Translations under genes and position numbers: made by a program
Virus record (IMG/VR): IMGVR_UViG_3300048902_000090
Span: 1 to 45,161 of that record
Length of the DNA stretch: 45,161 nucleotides
Reading direction: 5' to 3' (one strand)
DNA from: a virus
Taxonomy: Duplodnaviria > Caudoviricetes
Shown here: one piece after another, positions 34,759 to 43,824 of the stretch
Layout: each line of letters starts with the position of its first letter
Position numbering within the stretch: position 1 is the first letter of the stretch
The notes under the pieces: generated by a model
Database searches by the model: none
The model's input: the letters and a program-made list of their open reading frames with translations, nothing else
What the model was told of the DNA's origin: nothing

Positions 34759-35358
34759 TCATGGTGAAAGCAGCATTTCGAGCGTGGTCTTCACCGCCGT
34801 CGTCAGTTGCATCAGGTGCATCTTGACCAACGCCGGCTTGTCCTCGCCGACCTCGCAAAGCTCGCGCGCCGCCTCGGCGTGCTCGATCACCAGGTCGAGC
34901 GCGTCGCTCATCAGGTCGCGCTTGTTCGGTTTCATCGCGTCTTTGAGGTCCGGACGCTCGTGCTCGATGATCGCCTGGATGACGACCTGGCACTCCGAGT
35001 CGACGACCGCGATATGGTCGCCGCTGGCTTTCGGATAGGCGCTCATCGGCTCGATGTCGGGCGCGAAGAACGCAGTTTGGAGATAGGTGACGAGCGCCTG
35101 GGTAGGAATCGGCTTGGCGGTTGGGCGCAAGGTCCGGAGCGCCGGCGTCGACATGCGGGTCAGGAAGGCGTGGCCGAGCGAGTCTATGAAGGATTCGTCG
35201 TTGTCGAGATTGCCGCCGCCTGGATGGCTCACCGGCGCGTAATAGGCTTCGCCAGGCGCAGCGACCGCATAGCCGAATTCAAGCCGCTGGAAGGCGATCA
35301 GGGGCGCCTTGCGCACCAGGTCGAGAAAGCGATCTTCGTCAATTTTTGGGAGGATCAT
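34759..35358 (-). CDS. Hypothetical protein with N-terminus resembling a degenerate phage PolA 3'-5' exonuclease start
   Basis: LIAF...GYAVA...YYAPVSHPGGGNLD; no acidic ExoI motif and no polymerase domain. Confidence 0.55.
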   Translation of the reverse strand: MILPKIDEDRFLDLVRKAPLIAFQRLEFGYAVAAPGEAYYAPVSHPGGGNLDNDESFIDSLGHAFLTRMSTPALRTLRPTAKPIPTQALVTYLQTAFFAPDIEPMSAYPKASGDHIAVVDSECQVVIQAIIEHERPDLKDAMKPNKRDLMSDALDLVIEHAEAARELCEVGEDKPALVKMHLMQLTTAVKTTLEMLLSP

Positions 35359-35518
35359 CGACGCGCCTAACGAGCGAGGGGTAAAACTTGGCGTAAAGAG
35401 CAAGCTTGCGCTTGGCGTTGAGGCGCGAATTGCGCTCCCCCCTCGAATCGTTTGCCAACGCGATGAGCTTTTCGAGTCTCGCGCGCGTCGGCTTGTCGGG
35501 AGGAGAGTCCCCTGTCAC
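35339..35518 (-). CDS. Small hypothetical (DUF2786-like helix pair)
   Basis: RLEKLIALA...E...AKRKL; GTGA overlap with HNH stop. Confidence 0.5.
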   Translation of the reverse strand: MTGDSPPDKPTRARLEKLIALANDSRGERNSRLNAKRKLALYAKFYPSLVRRVDDPPKN

Positions 35519-35976
35519 GTTACGTGCCTCCCGACGTGACAGGGGACGCAAAGCCATTCCACTTCGAGTGGCTTTGTATAGTCAGCGTGATGCGCTTGGA
35601 TTCGACCTCTCGCGCCGCATCGCTGACATTCCGTAGGTTTCGTGATCTTTCCATCACGAACCGCGTTGCTGAGAATAATGTGAGCCGCGCGCTTCTCCGG
35701 ATTGCGCTTGATCCAAGCCTTCTTGACTCGATTAAGCACTTCCGGATGGGCGGCTTGATAGGCCGCCCTGGCAGCAACGCGGTGAGGTTGAGCATTGCGT
35801 TTTTGCTCATAAGCCTTGAACTTTTCCGAGTTGGCTAACCGGTGCGTTTTGACGCGCGCTTTGACGCATTTCTTGCAAAACGAAAGCCGCCCATCCTTCA
35901 TTCCGGCGTGGACATAAAAGTCTTCGATGGGCAGCATTCGCTGACATTCAGCGCAAGTTTTTTGTGTCACCTCCAT
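35515..35976 (-). CDS. Zn-finger HNH-type endonuclease
   Basis: CAEC..CKKC; CQRC...AHHADY..PLEVEWLCVPCH; lower GC. Confidence 0.8.
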   Translation of the reverse strand: MEVTQKTCAECQRMLPIEDFYVHAGMKDGRLSFCKKCVKARVKTHRLANSEKFKAYEQKRNAQPHRVAARAAYQAAHPEVLNRVKKAWIKRNPEKRAAHIILSNAVRDGKITKPTECQRCGARGRIQAHHADYTKPLEVEWLCVPCHVGRHVT

Positions 35977-36935
35977 TCATACATAAATGGTATGTCATCG
36001 TCGATTACGCCGCTTTGGCTTTGCGGCTCTACTGGACGAGCGCCACGTTCAGATGCCGCGTCGCGTCGTGTAGAGTGTCGTATTACCGACGCTTCTCCAT
36101 CCACGTCCTCGTCTTCGTCGGCAGTTGCAAATGCAACATCCTTCCAAGCAGCAAACATAGGTTCAGTGATGGCGGAGAGTTCCGGATCGGTGTAGCCGTC
36201 ACCGCGGTATTTGTAGCCAAAGTAGGCTTCGCCGGTGGGCCCGCGGTTCTGCACCGCCACGATCTTGTACCGTTGGAAGAACGGACTGACCGGCTTGGCG
36301 TCGACCATGGCGAAGAGCTTCCTCGCCTCTTTGACTCCGGACCTGGTGTTCAAGGTCAGCGCTAACGTATTGAAGTCTGGCAGGTACCACAAAACTTCGA
36401 AGGTTAGCGTCGCCGCCGGCGGGCTATTGGGATCGTCGTTGCGGGAAGAGCCGAACTCGGCGAGGCCCGATTCCTTCACCGTCCGCGCCAGCTTCCAAGT
36501 GTAGGTCTTGGGGTTCATGGGAAAGCGGACGTGGAACTCGCCTTCCGGCGGATCCCAGTGAATGTAATCGCGCGCCCGAGCGAGAATACCGCGGTCTTCG
36601 CCTGGGCTGCGCGGGGCCCAGAGGTTGTAGGTCTGGCGGCGCATGATCGGCACGGCGGCGATTTCGGCGCCGAGCGAAGCGGTCAACGTCGTGTGCCAGA
36701 ATTGACCGGCGATCGCCTCGCCGGGATAATCGACGCATTCAGGGTTTGAAGCCTGAAGGAGTTTGATGCGCGGCAGCATGCGCTGGCGCGGATCGATGTC
36801 GCCCCAGTTCGCCGTTTTCGTCCTCCCTTGCAGATGAGCCGGGAGGCCGAACTTGGCCGCTGCCGGCGTGACGTCGTTAACCATGACAGTCTTGCCTTCC
36901 CTGATGGTGTAGCGGGGCTTCGCGGAGGCGGTCAT
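35967..36935 (-). CDS. Putative single-stranded DNA-binding protein
   Basis: LPRIKLLQA.NPE motif, acidic tail ending DDDIPF. Confidence 0.65.
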   Translation of the reverse strand: MTASAKPRYTIREGKTVMVNDVTPAAAKFGLPAHLQGRTKTANWGDIDPRQRMLPRIKLLQASNPECVDYPGEAIAGQFWHTTLTASLGAEIAAVPIMRRQTYNLWAPRSPGEDRGILARARDYIHWDPPEGEFHVRFPMNPKTYTWKLARTVKESGLAEFGSSRNDDPNSPPAATLTFEVLWYLPDFNTLALTLNTRSGVKEARKLFAMVDAKPVSPFFQRYKIVAVQNRGPTGEAYFGYKYRGDGYTDPELSAITEPMFAAWKDVAFATADEDEDVDGEASVIRHSTRRDAASERGARPVEPQSQSGVIDDDIPFMYEWR

Positions 36936-37426
36936 TTCGACGACCTCAACGACACGTATCGAGCAATCGAAGTCTTGAAGATATCGTCGGGAGGCTCGAT
37001 CCCCTTCTCTTCGACCTCGTCCTTTGCCCAGGCGCCCAAGGTCATAGCGTTCACGGTTTCCGTGATCATGCCGCCTTGCCCATTGTCACGGAGGTATTTG
37101 TAGCCGCGCAGCTTATCGATGATCGAGCACGACCAGCGGCGGTTGAGGCCGACCAGACCGTAGCCTTGGATCTTCACGTTCTGCAGCCCGTGCGCGTCGA
37201 AGCACGCCGGGATTCGGGTGTAGCTGAGGTCCTTGTCGAGCTTATTGAGCTCGGAGACAATGCTGGCAAGCGCCTCAAGCTCGTCGCGCATATCGGCATA
37301 GAAGCGGACCAGGTCAGGCGCTTCGTTGGCTTCGATTGCGGATTCGGCTTCTGCGAAGATCGCGGCCTTAGCAGTCTCGAGGGCGCGCTTGGCCGCTTCG
37401 CACGCGGCTTGGGTATGGGGTTTCAC
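36932..37426 (-). CDS. Conserved phage replication-module protein
   Basis: YLRDNGQGGMITETVNAMTLGAW.K pattern found upstream of SSB-like genes; GGAG SD, GTG start. Confidence 0.7.
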   Translation of the reverse strand: MKPHTQAACEAAKRALETAKAAIFAEAESAIEANEAPDLVRFYADMRDELEALASIVSELNKLDKDLSYTRIPACFDAHGLQNVKIQGYGLVGLNRRWSCSIIDKLRGYKYLRDNGQGGMITETVNAMTLGAWAKDEVEEKGIEPPDDIFKTSIARYVSLRSSK

Positions 37427-37433
37427 GTTTCAT

Positions 37434-37509
37434 GCTCCATGTTGCGGGGCTTCGCCGGCTTTCACGACGTCGCAATCGCAACATGGGGCTAGGACTATGA
37501 TCTTGTCAA
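37434..37509 (-). promoter_or_regulatory. Promoter with RBS-sequestering inverted repeat
   Basis: TTGACA at 37504-37509; 13-bp dyad (1 mismatch) 37434-37446/37477-37489 covering the SD and the -10 region. Confidence 0.55.
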
Positions 37510-37521
37510 CTTGGAATCTGC

Positions 37522-38190
37522 TTAAGAGCGACTAAAAAGCTTGGAAAGATCCAACGCCGTTCCCTGGCGGCCGAACCCGTTGGTGCCGTAGCGCGACAAC
37601 GCGCCGCCTGACCAATCCTGGTTTTGCGCGGCGATCGGCACGAAGGGCGACTTGCTCCCAGCCGCGGGCGCGAGCGCCGTCGCCGTCGGCGGAATACTCG
37701 CCGGTCGCTTGCGCACCGGAGGCGCTCCGCCAGCCACTCTGGGCCGCACAGGGGCCGCTGGAGGCCGCATAGGCGGCAGCGGAGCCGGCACCTGTCCTGG
37801 GGCTCCGTAGCTCGACGGCATGCCCGTCCCGCCGCCCATGATCGGAAAGTTGGCGTCGCTCCCAATGCCGCCTGGTCTTGGCGGCGCTCCTTGCGGCATG
37901 GGCGGGACTCCGCTCGTCGGAATCGACGCCGCGCCAGCGAGCGCAGTCGTGTTCGGATCGAGATAGGGCAGAATCGGTCGCCCCTGGACGTTAGGGCCGT
38001 CGCCGGTCAGGTGCGGCAAGATCCCGGGCTGGTTGGTGTTACCTGCGCCAGACGCCATTGCCTGATTCACTTGCGCGATCACGGCAGGGTCGGTTGAGCC
38101 GCTGCCGCCGTTGATGTACGACATGAGCCGCTGCATCAACCCGGGGTCGGCCGATGCGCTCGAGCCGCCGCCGAACCAAGTGTCGCTCAC
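37522..38190 (-). CDS. Pro/Gly-rich low-complexity protein
   Basis: GTGA-coupled; composition like the internal virion proteins. Confidence 0.65.
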   Translation of the reverse strand: MSDTWFGGGSSASADPGLMQRLMSYINGGSGSTDPAVIAQVNQAMASGAGNTNQPGILPHLTGDGPNVQGRPILPYLDPNTTALAGAASIPTSGVPPMPQGAPPRPGGIGSDANFPIMGGGTGMPSSYGAPGQVPAPLPPMRPPAAPVRPRVAGGAPPVRKRPASIPPTATALAPAAGSKSPFVPIAAQNQDWSGGALSRYGTNGFGRQGTALDLSKLFSRS

Positions 38191-38666
38191 GCCGCGTACT
38201 CGTCGTCGAACCGTCCGCCGCCGCTGGCGATGACATTCGCGTTGTCGCGACTGAGGCGGAGCGGCTTTTCCGCTTCCGGCACGAATTGCGATTCCGCTAT
38301 CTGCTCGGGAGTGCGGGAATCCCGCGCCGCCATCCAGGCGAGGACGCCCTGCTCCTGCATGTCCTCGGAGCGCTGACGTTGCTCCTCGGCAACGGTGCCG
38401 GGATCACGCTCGCCGTCCTCGATCGGCTCGCCATCGACGCCAATCACCGGCGCTTGCTGTTGAGCCGCCATCTGCTCCTGATAATCGCCGGCGTATTCGG
38501 CGTCGTACTGGGCGATATTCTGGCCGATAACGGCTGGAGCTCTGCCCTCGCTTGGATCGCGCAGCGGGATGTCGTCGCCTTCCGGCGTCGGGCGCCGGTC
38601 AGAGGGCTTGGAACGTTGATTCGGACGCTGACCGGGTCTTTGGGCTTGGGCCATGCTGGACTCCAT
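38187..38666 (-). CDS. Acidic hypothetical protein
   Basis: GGAG SD before internal ATG (MAQAQ); coupled to the downstream gene. Confidence 0.65.
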   Translation of the reverse strand: MESSMAQAQRPGQRPNQRSKPSDRRPTPEGDDIPLRDPSEGRAPAVIGQNIAQYDAEYAGDYQEQMAAQQQAPVIGVDGEPIEDGERDPGTVAEEQRQRSEDMQEQGVLAWMAARDSRTPEQIAESQFVPEAEKPLRLSRDNANVIASGGGRFDDEYAA

Positions 38667-38740
38667 CGGGGCCCGCCACGGGAGCGACGAGCCCCTCTCG
38701 CTTGGAACGGTGAACAGATCTTGAGGATCCTATCGTCACC

Positions 38741-39115
38741 CTACGGGCGCGGAGCATCCATCAACGCACGCAGTTTCGCAATGGCTTGAAATCGCTCATC
38801 CCCGTCTGGACAAGGCTCAAAATCAACCGGCGGCAGGATAATCTCGATTCGTTCCCGTACAGGAGCAGATTCGTTCACGGGCGCGAAGCCGGCTTCGCGT
38901 CTTGCTGGCCGCGGCAAAATGTGCCTCGGCGCATAGGCGGTGAAACAGCGTTGCGGCTTGGGGTAATGCCAGACTTTGTAAATGTGGCACCCAGCGAAAG
39001 CTGGCGATAACCACGTTGTCGCCAGAAAAAACAGGATGCAGGGGCGGCGGAGGCGGGCTCCCGACGAAAGGTCCATCCGCACACAGCGCCGTCGCGCTGG
39101 CCCCTGCAAGCTCAT
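38741..39115 (-). CDS. Hypothetical secreted or lipoprotein-like protein
   Basis: Hydrophobic stretch ending PAFAGC; Pro-rich body; start uncertain. Confidence 0.5.
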   Translation of the reverse strand: MSLQGPARRRCVRMDLSSGARLRRPCILFFLATTWLSPAFAGCHIYKVWHYPKPQRCFTAYAPRHILPRPARREAGFAPVNESAPVRERIEIILPPVDFEPCPDGDERFQAIAKLRALMDAPRP

Positions 39116-39324
39116 AAAACCTCGTCCTCGAGTTCCTTGAGACGCTTTTCGAGCTTCTGAAGCTCGCCATTCAGGAGCGCAAAGCCCGTCATATGCGTAG
39201 CGCCAAGCTCTTTGATCTGCATCTCGGCCGCCTTCGCCAGGCGCGAACCCTGCACGATCAGCATGATCAGGACGAAGAGGACGCCTAGGCCGGTGCAGAG
39301 GATCGCCCAATCCAGATAGATCAC
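39112..39324 (-). CDS. Single-TM protein with C-terminal coiled coil
   Basis: GTGA overlap; WAILCTGLGVLFVLIMLIV then LQKLEKRLKELE. Confidence 0.65.
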   Translation of the reverse strand: MIYLDWAILCTGLGVLFVLIMLIVQGSRLAKAAEMQIKELGATHMTGFALLNGELQKLEKRLKELEDEVL

Positions 39325-39878
39325 GCGATCGCCAGCCCGTTGGAGACGATCGGCGCGCTGGCGCCGGCGGCGTTGTGAGCGACCAATTGCATGGTGATGG
39401 TCGTTCCGGAATCGGCCGGCTGAAGCAGATAAGTCGCCGCCGTGGCGCCAGAGATATCGACGCCGCCGCGCCGCCACTGCCGCGTGTAGCTCGTCGGCAC
39501 ATAGGTCCAGTTGCCGTTGGTCGAGGAAAGCGTCGAGCCGACGGTCGCGGTGCCTGAGATGACCGGCGGGCTGGTATTCACCGGGACGAAGATCTTGCTG
39601 AGTTCGCCGGTGATGGCGTTGCCCATGTCGAGCGGCTTCAGGTTGCCGCCTTTGCCGCGATTGACGACCAGAAGCACGGCGTTGGTGAAGTCCTTATTGG
39701 CGCCATTGCCTGGTCGAAGCCCCGCCGGCGCCGTCTGGACCGTAGTGTCGTTCGTGGTCGGATCAGTGGCGAGGGCGCCCGCGATCGCGTTCAGTTCGGC
39801 CGCCCGATCGCCGGGATACCATTTGAATTTTCGGCCGACGAGCGCGACCTGGTCGGTGAAGTCCTGAAGCTGGTACAT
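39321..39878 (-). CDS. Ig-like domain protein (virion decoration-like)
   Basis: AGGAGG SD; PVNTSPPVISGT.TVGSTL...G.W...YTRQWRR...ISGATAATY.L..AD.G..I...V.A.N. Confidence 0.8.
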   Translation of the reverse strand: MYQLQDFTDQVALVGRKFKWYPGDRAAELNAIAGALATDPTTNDTTVQTAPAGLRPGNGANKDFTNAVLLVVNRGKGGNLKPLDMGNAITGELSKIFVPVNTSPPVISGTATVGSTLSSTNGNWTYVPTSYTRQWRRGGVDISGATAATYLLQPADSGTTITMQLVAHNAAGASAPIVSNGLAIA

Positions 39879-39881
39879 GGC

Positions 39882-40292
39882 TTAGCCTCCTAAGACGCCA
39901 AAGGCCGCGGCGCGGCCTGGCACGCAGGTGCAATCATGCCACGAATTAAGCTGCCCTTGCGTTCCTGCCTGGTAGTTCTGCGCGTTCGCGAATGCTTGTT
40001 GCGCCGCTTGCGCCGCCATCTGTTGGCTTTGCCGAAATCCTTCCTGATACCAGGGCGTTTTGCACAGCATGCGCCTGAGCCAATCGGCCTCGTCCCGCGC
40101 ACTGTCGCGCTGGCTTGTGAGGTCATCGACCTGCGCCTCGAGTTCAGTGATTCGCCGATGCAAAGCGGCGTTTTCGACGATCCTGGGGTCGAGCGTCTCA
40201 GGGAGGCTCTTGTCCGCCAACTCGGGGCGCTTCAAGAGTGGCAAGGTGAGTAGTGCTAGAGTCGACATCAAGCCCATTTTTGTCCTCCTCAC
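39882..40292 (-). CDS. Coiled-coil hypothetical protein
   Basis: Coiled coil and C-terminal CTCVPGR; GAGGAGG SD favours the internal MGLM start. Confidence 0.65.
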   Translation of the reverse strand: MRRTKMGLMSTLALLTLPLLKRPELADKSLPETLDPRIVENAALHRRITELEAQVDDLTSQRDSARDEADWLRRMLCKTPWYQEGFRQSQQMAAQAAQQAFANAQNYQAGTQGQLNSWHDCTCVPGRAAAFGVLGG

Positions 40293-40875
40293 GCCAGCTT
40301 ATGCGTGACGCTGTGAAATTTCCATAAGGATTTTTCTCTGGCAAGAAACAAAACCAGCCAAACGGCATCGCGCCCTGCTTCAGCTTTTTCCCTTTCCAAC
40401 CAGGCCTGTGCATCATCGGGAGTCGCTCAATCCCGATATAGACATGATACAGATGTTGCATGATGTCGGAGCGGCCGGCGCCCTCGAGCGCCATCAGGCG
40501 CAAGAGCACGAACATCGGCACGCGAAGCTTAAGCCCGTGGCGGATGAAATCGTCGGCCCAGCGATAGGGCGGGTTGGTGACGATCGCCTGAAGGTAGCTT
40601 GCGCTGCGCGAAGCGAAGAAATCGATGTCGGGATGAATGTCCGAGTCCGCGCCTTCGTAATGCACCAGGTCATGGCTGATCACGCGCCAGCCGCCGGCCT
40701 TGAGCACGCGCGAAATTGCGCCTTTGCCGGCGCAGGGTTCGAACAGCACGCGATACCTGTCGAGCTCGCCGGTGCGGATGAGCGCGCGCGTGGCTTCCGG
40801 TGGCGTCTCGCGCAGGTCGTAAGCGCGCTCGAGAAAGCGGCCGCGCTGCGCGCCCTGCCGCGCTTTCGCCTTCAC
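40198..40875 (-). CDS. DNA amino-methyltransferase (N6-A or N4-C)
   Basis: ETP, FEPCAGKG (SAM binding), VTNPPY (catalytic); GTGA overlap with primase stop. Confidence 0.85.
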   Translation of the reverse strand: MKAKARQGAQRGRFLERAYDLRETPPEATRALIRTGELDRYRVLFEPCAGKGAISRVLKAGGWRVISHDLVHYEGADSDIHPDIDFFASRSASYLQAIVTNPPYRWADDFIRHGLKLRVPMFVLLRLMALEGAGRSDIMQHLYHVYIGIERLPMMHRPGWKGKKLKQGAMPFGWFCFLPEKNPYGNFTASRISWREEDKNGLDVDSSTTHLATLEAPRVGGQEPP

Positions 40876-43403
40876 TTTTGAGTCCGCCCTTTCCACGGTT
40901 CCATCGGATCCCCCTCGCGCCAATCGTTGGGCATGTCGTCGTTTGCCTTGAGCGCCCAATGCGAGCGCAACGGGACTCCGATGAAATCGCTAAACAGCCG
41001 CTGCAATGCGCCAATCTTGAACTTGAACAGCATTTCGCCGTTCGGCAGGAACTCCAATAGGCCAGCGTGGACCCAGAGATCGCGGACAGCGTCGGCCAAA
41101 ACAGTTTGGCGCAGCCCCATTTCTCCGACGGTCCTCTTGATTCGGCTTGTTAAATGAGACGGTCTGAAGGGCATAGCGATGTCCCATCCACCATAAATCG
41201 TGCCGTTCTCGATGATCTCTTTGGCGACTAATTGCGTTGGCGTCAATTGCTCGCTCGCTACGTCGGCGTCATGTGTGGCGGAGTGCGTGACGCTCTCGAC
41301 CTCGGCAATGTCATCGGGCGCGCAATCGATCAGGAATCTGACGTAAGCCTGACGAACATCGTCGCGCTGCAGAAAGGCGGCGAAGCTTTTATAAAACGGC
41401 TTCGCGGTCTTGTTCATCTCTTCTTCGAATTGGCCTGGCAGAAGGCCTTCGCTCACCGCGGTTATCGACGTCACCTGAAAAAGCGCGCGATCAAAGCCGC
41501 CACGCGACAGGCCGGGATTCGTTTCGTTCGAAGTGAACGCCAGGCGCGCATAAGTTGTGTACGTCGCCGGATCTTTGTTTTTAAACTCGCCTGAAATTTT
41601 GTTCGAACGGATCAGATCTTTGACGATTTCGACCGTCTCAGGTTTCGACACGACTTCGTCGTGCGTCACCCAGAGCTTGCGTACATAGTTCGGAATGTAG
41701 AATTGCTGTTCAAGCGCTTTGACGCTAGCTTTGCCGGCATATTGACCAAAAATCGCTTCCGCGAAATCGGTACACAGGAACGACTTGCCGGTGCCCTGGT
41801 CGCCGGTGCAAACCAATGCGATCTGTTGTTTCTGGCCGGGATGCTTCAAAATCCAGCCGAAATGCGCTTTGATCCAGTCGGCGCGCGGCTTGGTGCGAGC
41901 GACCAGGCTGAGCATATGGTCGAGCTTGTCAACGCATTCGGCCTCAAGGGCTCGCTCAACGGTCTTGGCGGGCTTCACATAGAGGCCGGCCCATTCGTTG
42001 AAGATCAGCCGTGAGTGCTCGGGGGCGTAATCGTCGTTCGCAATGAGCGCGCCCTGGCGCGTCACACGCAGGATGGCGCCGGGATCGGAATCCGGATGAA
42101 GCTCGATGCCGGTGACGTCCTGGCGAAGCTTCGACTTGATGAAGACCGGGAACGCTTCGACCGGCTTTTTCTTGGTCAGGATCTGATCTGGCGCGTGTCG
42201 CAGCGCGAGCTCATCTTTGCTGAATTGAAACCGCGGCCGGCCTTCGCGAAACGCCTGGCGATCAATGAATTCGTTTTCGCAAAACAGATAGCGCTCGGCG
42301 AATGTCTCCAGCAACGTGGAATCGGCGCCGACGTTGAGCGTCGTGCGCAAGGCGTCATGCGCGTCCTGGCCGAACCATTGCCGGATGATCGACCAGCCGG
42401 CGACGTCGAGGCGGTTCGGATCGGTCTTCAGCCGAGTGCGCGCCAGGCGGAACTTGACCACGCATTCCTCGCGCGTCTCGGGGAGTCCCTTGGCTTCCGC
42501 GATCAGCGCGATCAGAAGCTCGGCGTGGCCCGGTTCGGCGATGACGGCGCGCGCCGCTTTCGAAAACACGACATTGGCGTTGATCGCTTCGCCGGCGACG
42601 ACGACGCGCGCCAACCATTCGGAGAACGACCAGCGCGCCGGCGCGCTTTGCCACAACGAGGTCTTAACGATGTTGAGGATCGAGCCGAACGCCGCCGCGC
42701 GCACGAGCGAAAAGTAATCGATGGCTGGAGCGCCGGTAGAATAGCGTGCGCCGCCGTCCTGGCCGCTTTCGCCGCGCCACTTGATCAGATCATAGCTGAC
42801 GCCGTCGGCATGCCACAGGAGGCTTCCTGGGACGATTGTATGGGCGGGCGAAGCGCCCTTCTTCGCCAGCGCGTAATTGATGACGATGCCGCGCCGCTCG
42901 CCTTCGAGCGTGAACGGGTGAGGCTTGAAGCCGGAATAGTCGTCGTGAAGCCTGGCCGCCTCGTCGTCGCGCAGCTTGAACAGGACCGCTTGCGCGAATG
43001 GCTTGCTGGCGCGGCCGAACGAATAGCGGGTCGAGAGTCCCAGCTTCACGCACGCCTGAAAGAAACATTCGTTGAGCGTCTGGTCAGGGCCGAAAAAGCG
43101 GGCCTCGATCACGCCCAGTTGCAGAGGGATTACCGCGTTGAGCCTTTGCTTGCGCGGCTCGTCGATCCAAAAGCGGCAATTGTCGTCGGTGGTATGGAGG
43201 CGCTCGCCTTCGCCTGGCGGCAGCGGCTTGTCCTCGCGCGGCAAGCAATATTGCAGCGGGACGCCAAGCTTGCGGTAGGCGAGCACCGAGAGCTCGCGCT
43301 CGTCCATGATGATTTGCTTTTGATCCTCGGGGAGAGGGAGACTCCAATCGACGTCGTCCACGACTTGAAGGCGGGGCCCGTCGGGCTTAGTCTGGCGTGG
43401 CAA
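40872..43403 (-). CDS. Primase-helicase (degenerate PrimPol N-terminus plus D5/DUF5906-type SF3 helicase)
   Basis: GDQGTGKS, WVTHDE, AFTSN; N-terminal TIVPGS recalls PrimPol; AAAGGA SD before TTG. Confidence 0.85.
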   Translation of the reverse strand: MPRQTKPDGPRLQVVDDVDWSLPLPEDQKQIIMDERELSVLAYRKLGVPLQYCLPREDKPLPPGEGERLHTTDDNCRFWIDEPRKQRLNAVIPLQLGVIEARFFGPDQTLNECFFQACVKLGLSTRYSFGRASKPFAQAVLFKLRDDEAARLHDDYSGFKPHPFTLEGERRGIVINYALAKKGASPAHTIVPGSLLWHADGVSYDLIKWRGESGQDGGARYSTGAPAIDYFSLVRAAAFGSILNIVKTSLWQSAPARWSFSEWLARVVVAGEAINANVVFSKAARAVIAEPGHAELLIALIAEAKGLPETREECVVKFRLARTRLKTDPNRLDVAGWSIIRQWFGQDAHDALRTTLNVGADSTLLETFAERYLFCENEFIDRQAFREGRPRFQFSKDELALRHAPDQILTKKKPVEAFPVFIKSKLRQDVTGIELHPDSDPGAILRVTRQGALIANDDYAPEHSRLIFNEWAGLYVKPAKTVERALEAECVDKLDHMLSLVARTKPRADWIKAHFGWILKHPGQKQQIALVCTGDQGTGKSFLCTDFAEAIFGQYAGKASVKALEQQFYIPNYVRKLWVTHDEVVSKPETVEIVKDLIRSNKISGEFKNKDPATYTTYARLAFTSNETNPGLSRGGFDRALFQVTSITAVSEGLLPGQFEEEMNKTAKPFYKSFAAFLQRDDVRQAYVRFLIDCAPDDIAEVESVTHSATHDADVASEQLTPTQLVAKEIIENGTIYGGWDIAMPFRPSHLTSRIKRTVGEMGLRQTVLADAVRDLWVHAGLLEFLPNGEMLFKFKIGALQRLFSDFIGVPLRSHWALKANDDMPNDWREGDPMEPWKGRTQK

Positions 43404-43560
43404 GCCTTATTTCCTTTCACGGGCTTGCGCTCCCATCCTCGGTCCATCGTCGTCTTGGGTGGGATTGGCGAGGGTTGCTCAGGGGCGCATCTTGCAAGCG
43501 TTGAGCAGGATGCGCCCTAGCCTCGATCACGATCAAGCAACCGAATCGCTTATCCCCGAA

Positions 43561-43824
43561 TCACACAGATCTTGGGCCTGTGAGCGGTGCATAAAGTTGC
43601 ATGTTCGCTAACGCGATCACGCACTGTGATTCGGTCTTGTCGGGATAATCGAACATCAGGAGGCCAAGCACGGCCTCGTAGGCGTGATGATCAAAATCAA
43701 TCGTGCGCGGAGCCAGCTTGCGGCATTGGTCGTGGTAATACCGCCAGTAGTCGCTTCGCTTTCGCTTTGGCGTTGGAGCCGCGGTTGGCGATGAGATGGC
43801 AGGGCTTGCAATAGGCGCTTCCAT
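43561..43824 (-). CDS. Hypothetical protein overlapping the HNH 3' end
   Basis: C-terminal half looks protein-like; start uncertain. Confidence 0.5.
   Translation of the reverse strand: MEAPIASPAISSPTAAPTPKRKRSDYWRYYHDQCRKLAPRTIDFDHHAYEAVLGLLMFDYPDKTESQCVIALANMQLYAPLTGPRSV

Noticed and set aside
42015-43520. 501-aa plus-strand ORF, and similar long antisense ORFs (22226-23725, 14650-15684, 9024-9977, 30559-31503)
   Set aside because: Shadow frames of GC3-rich real genes on the opposite strand; no motifs or RBS
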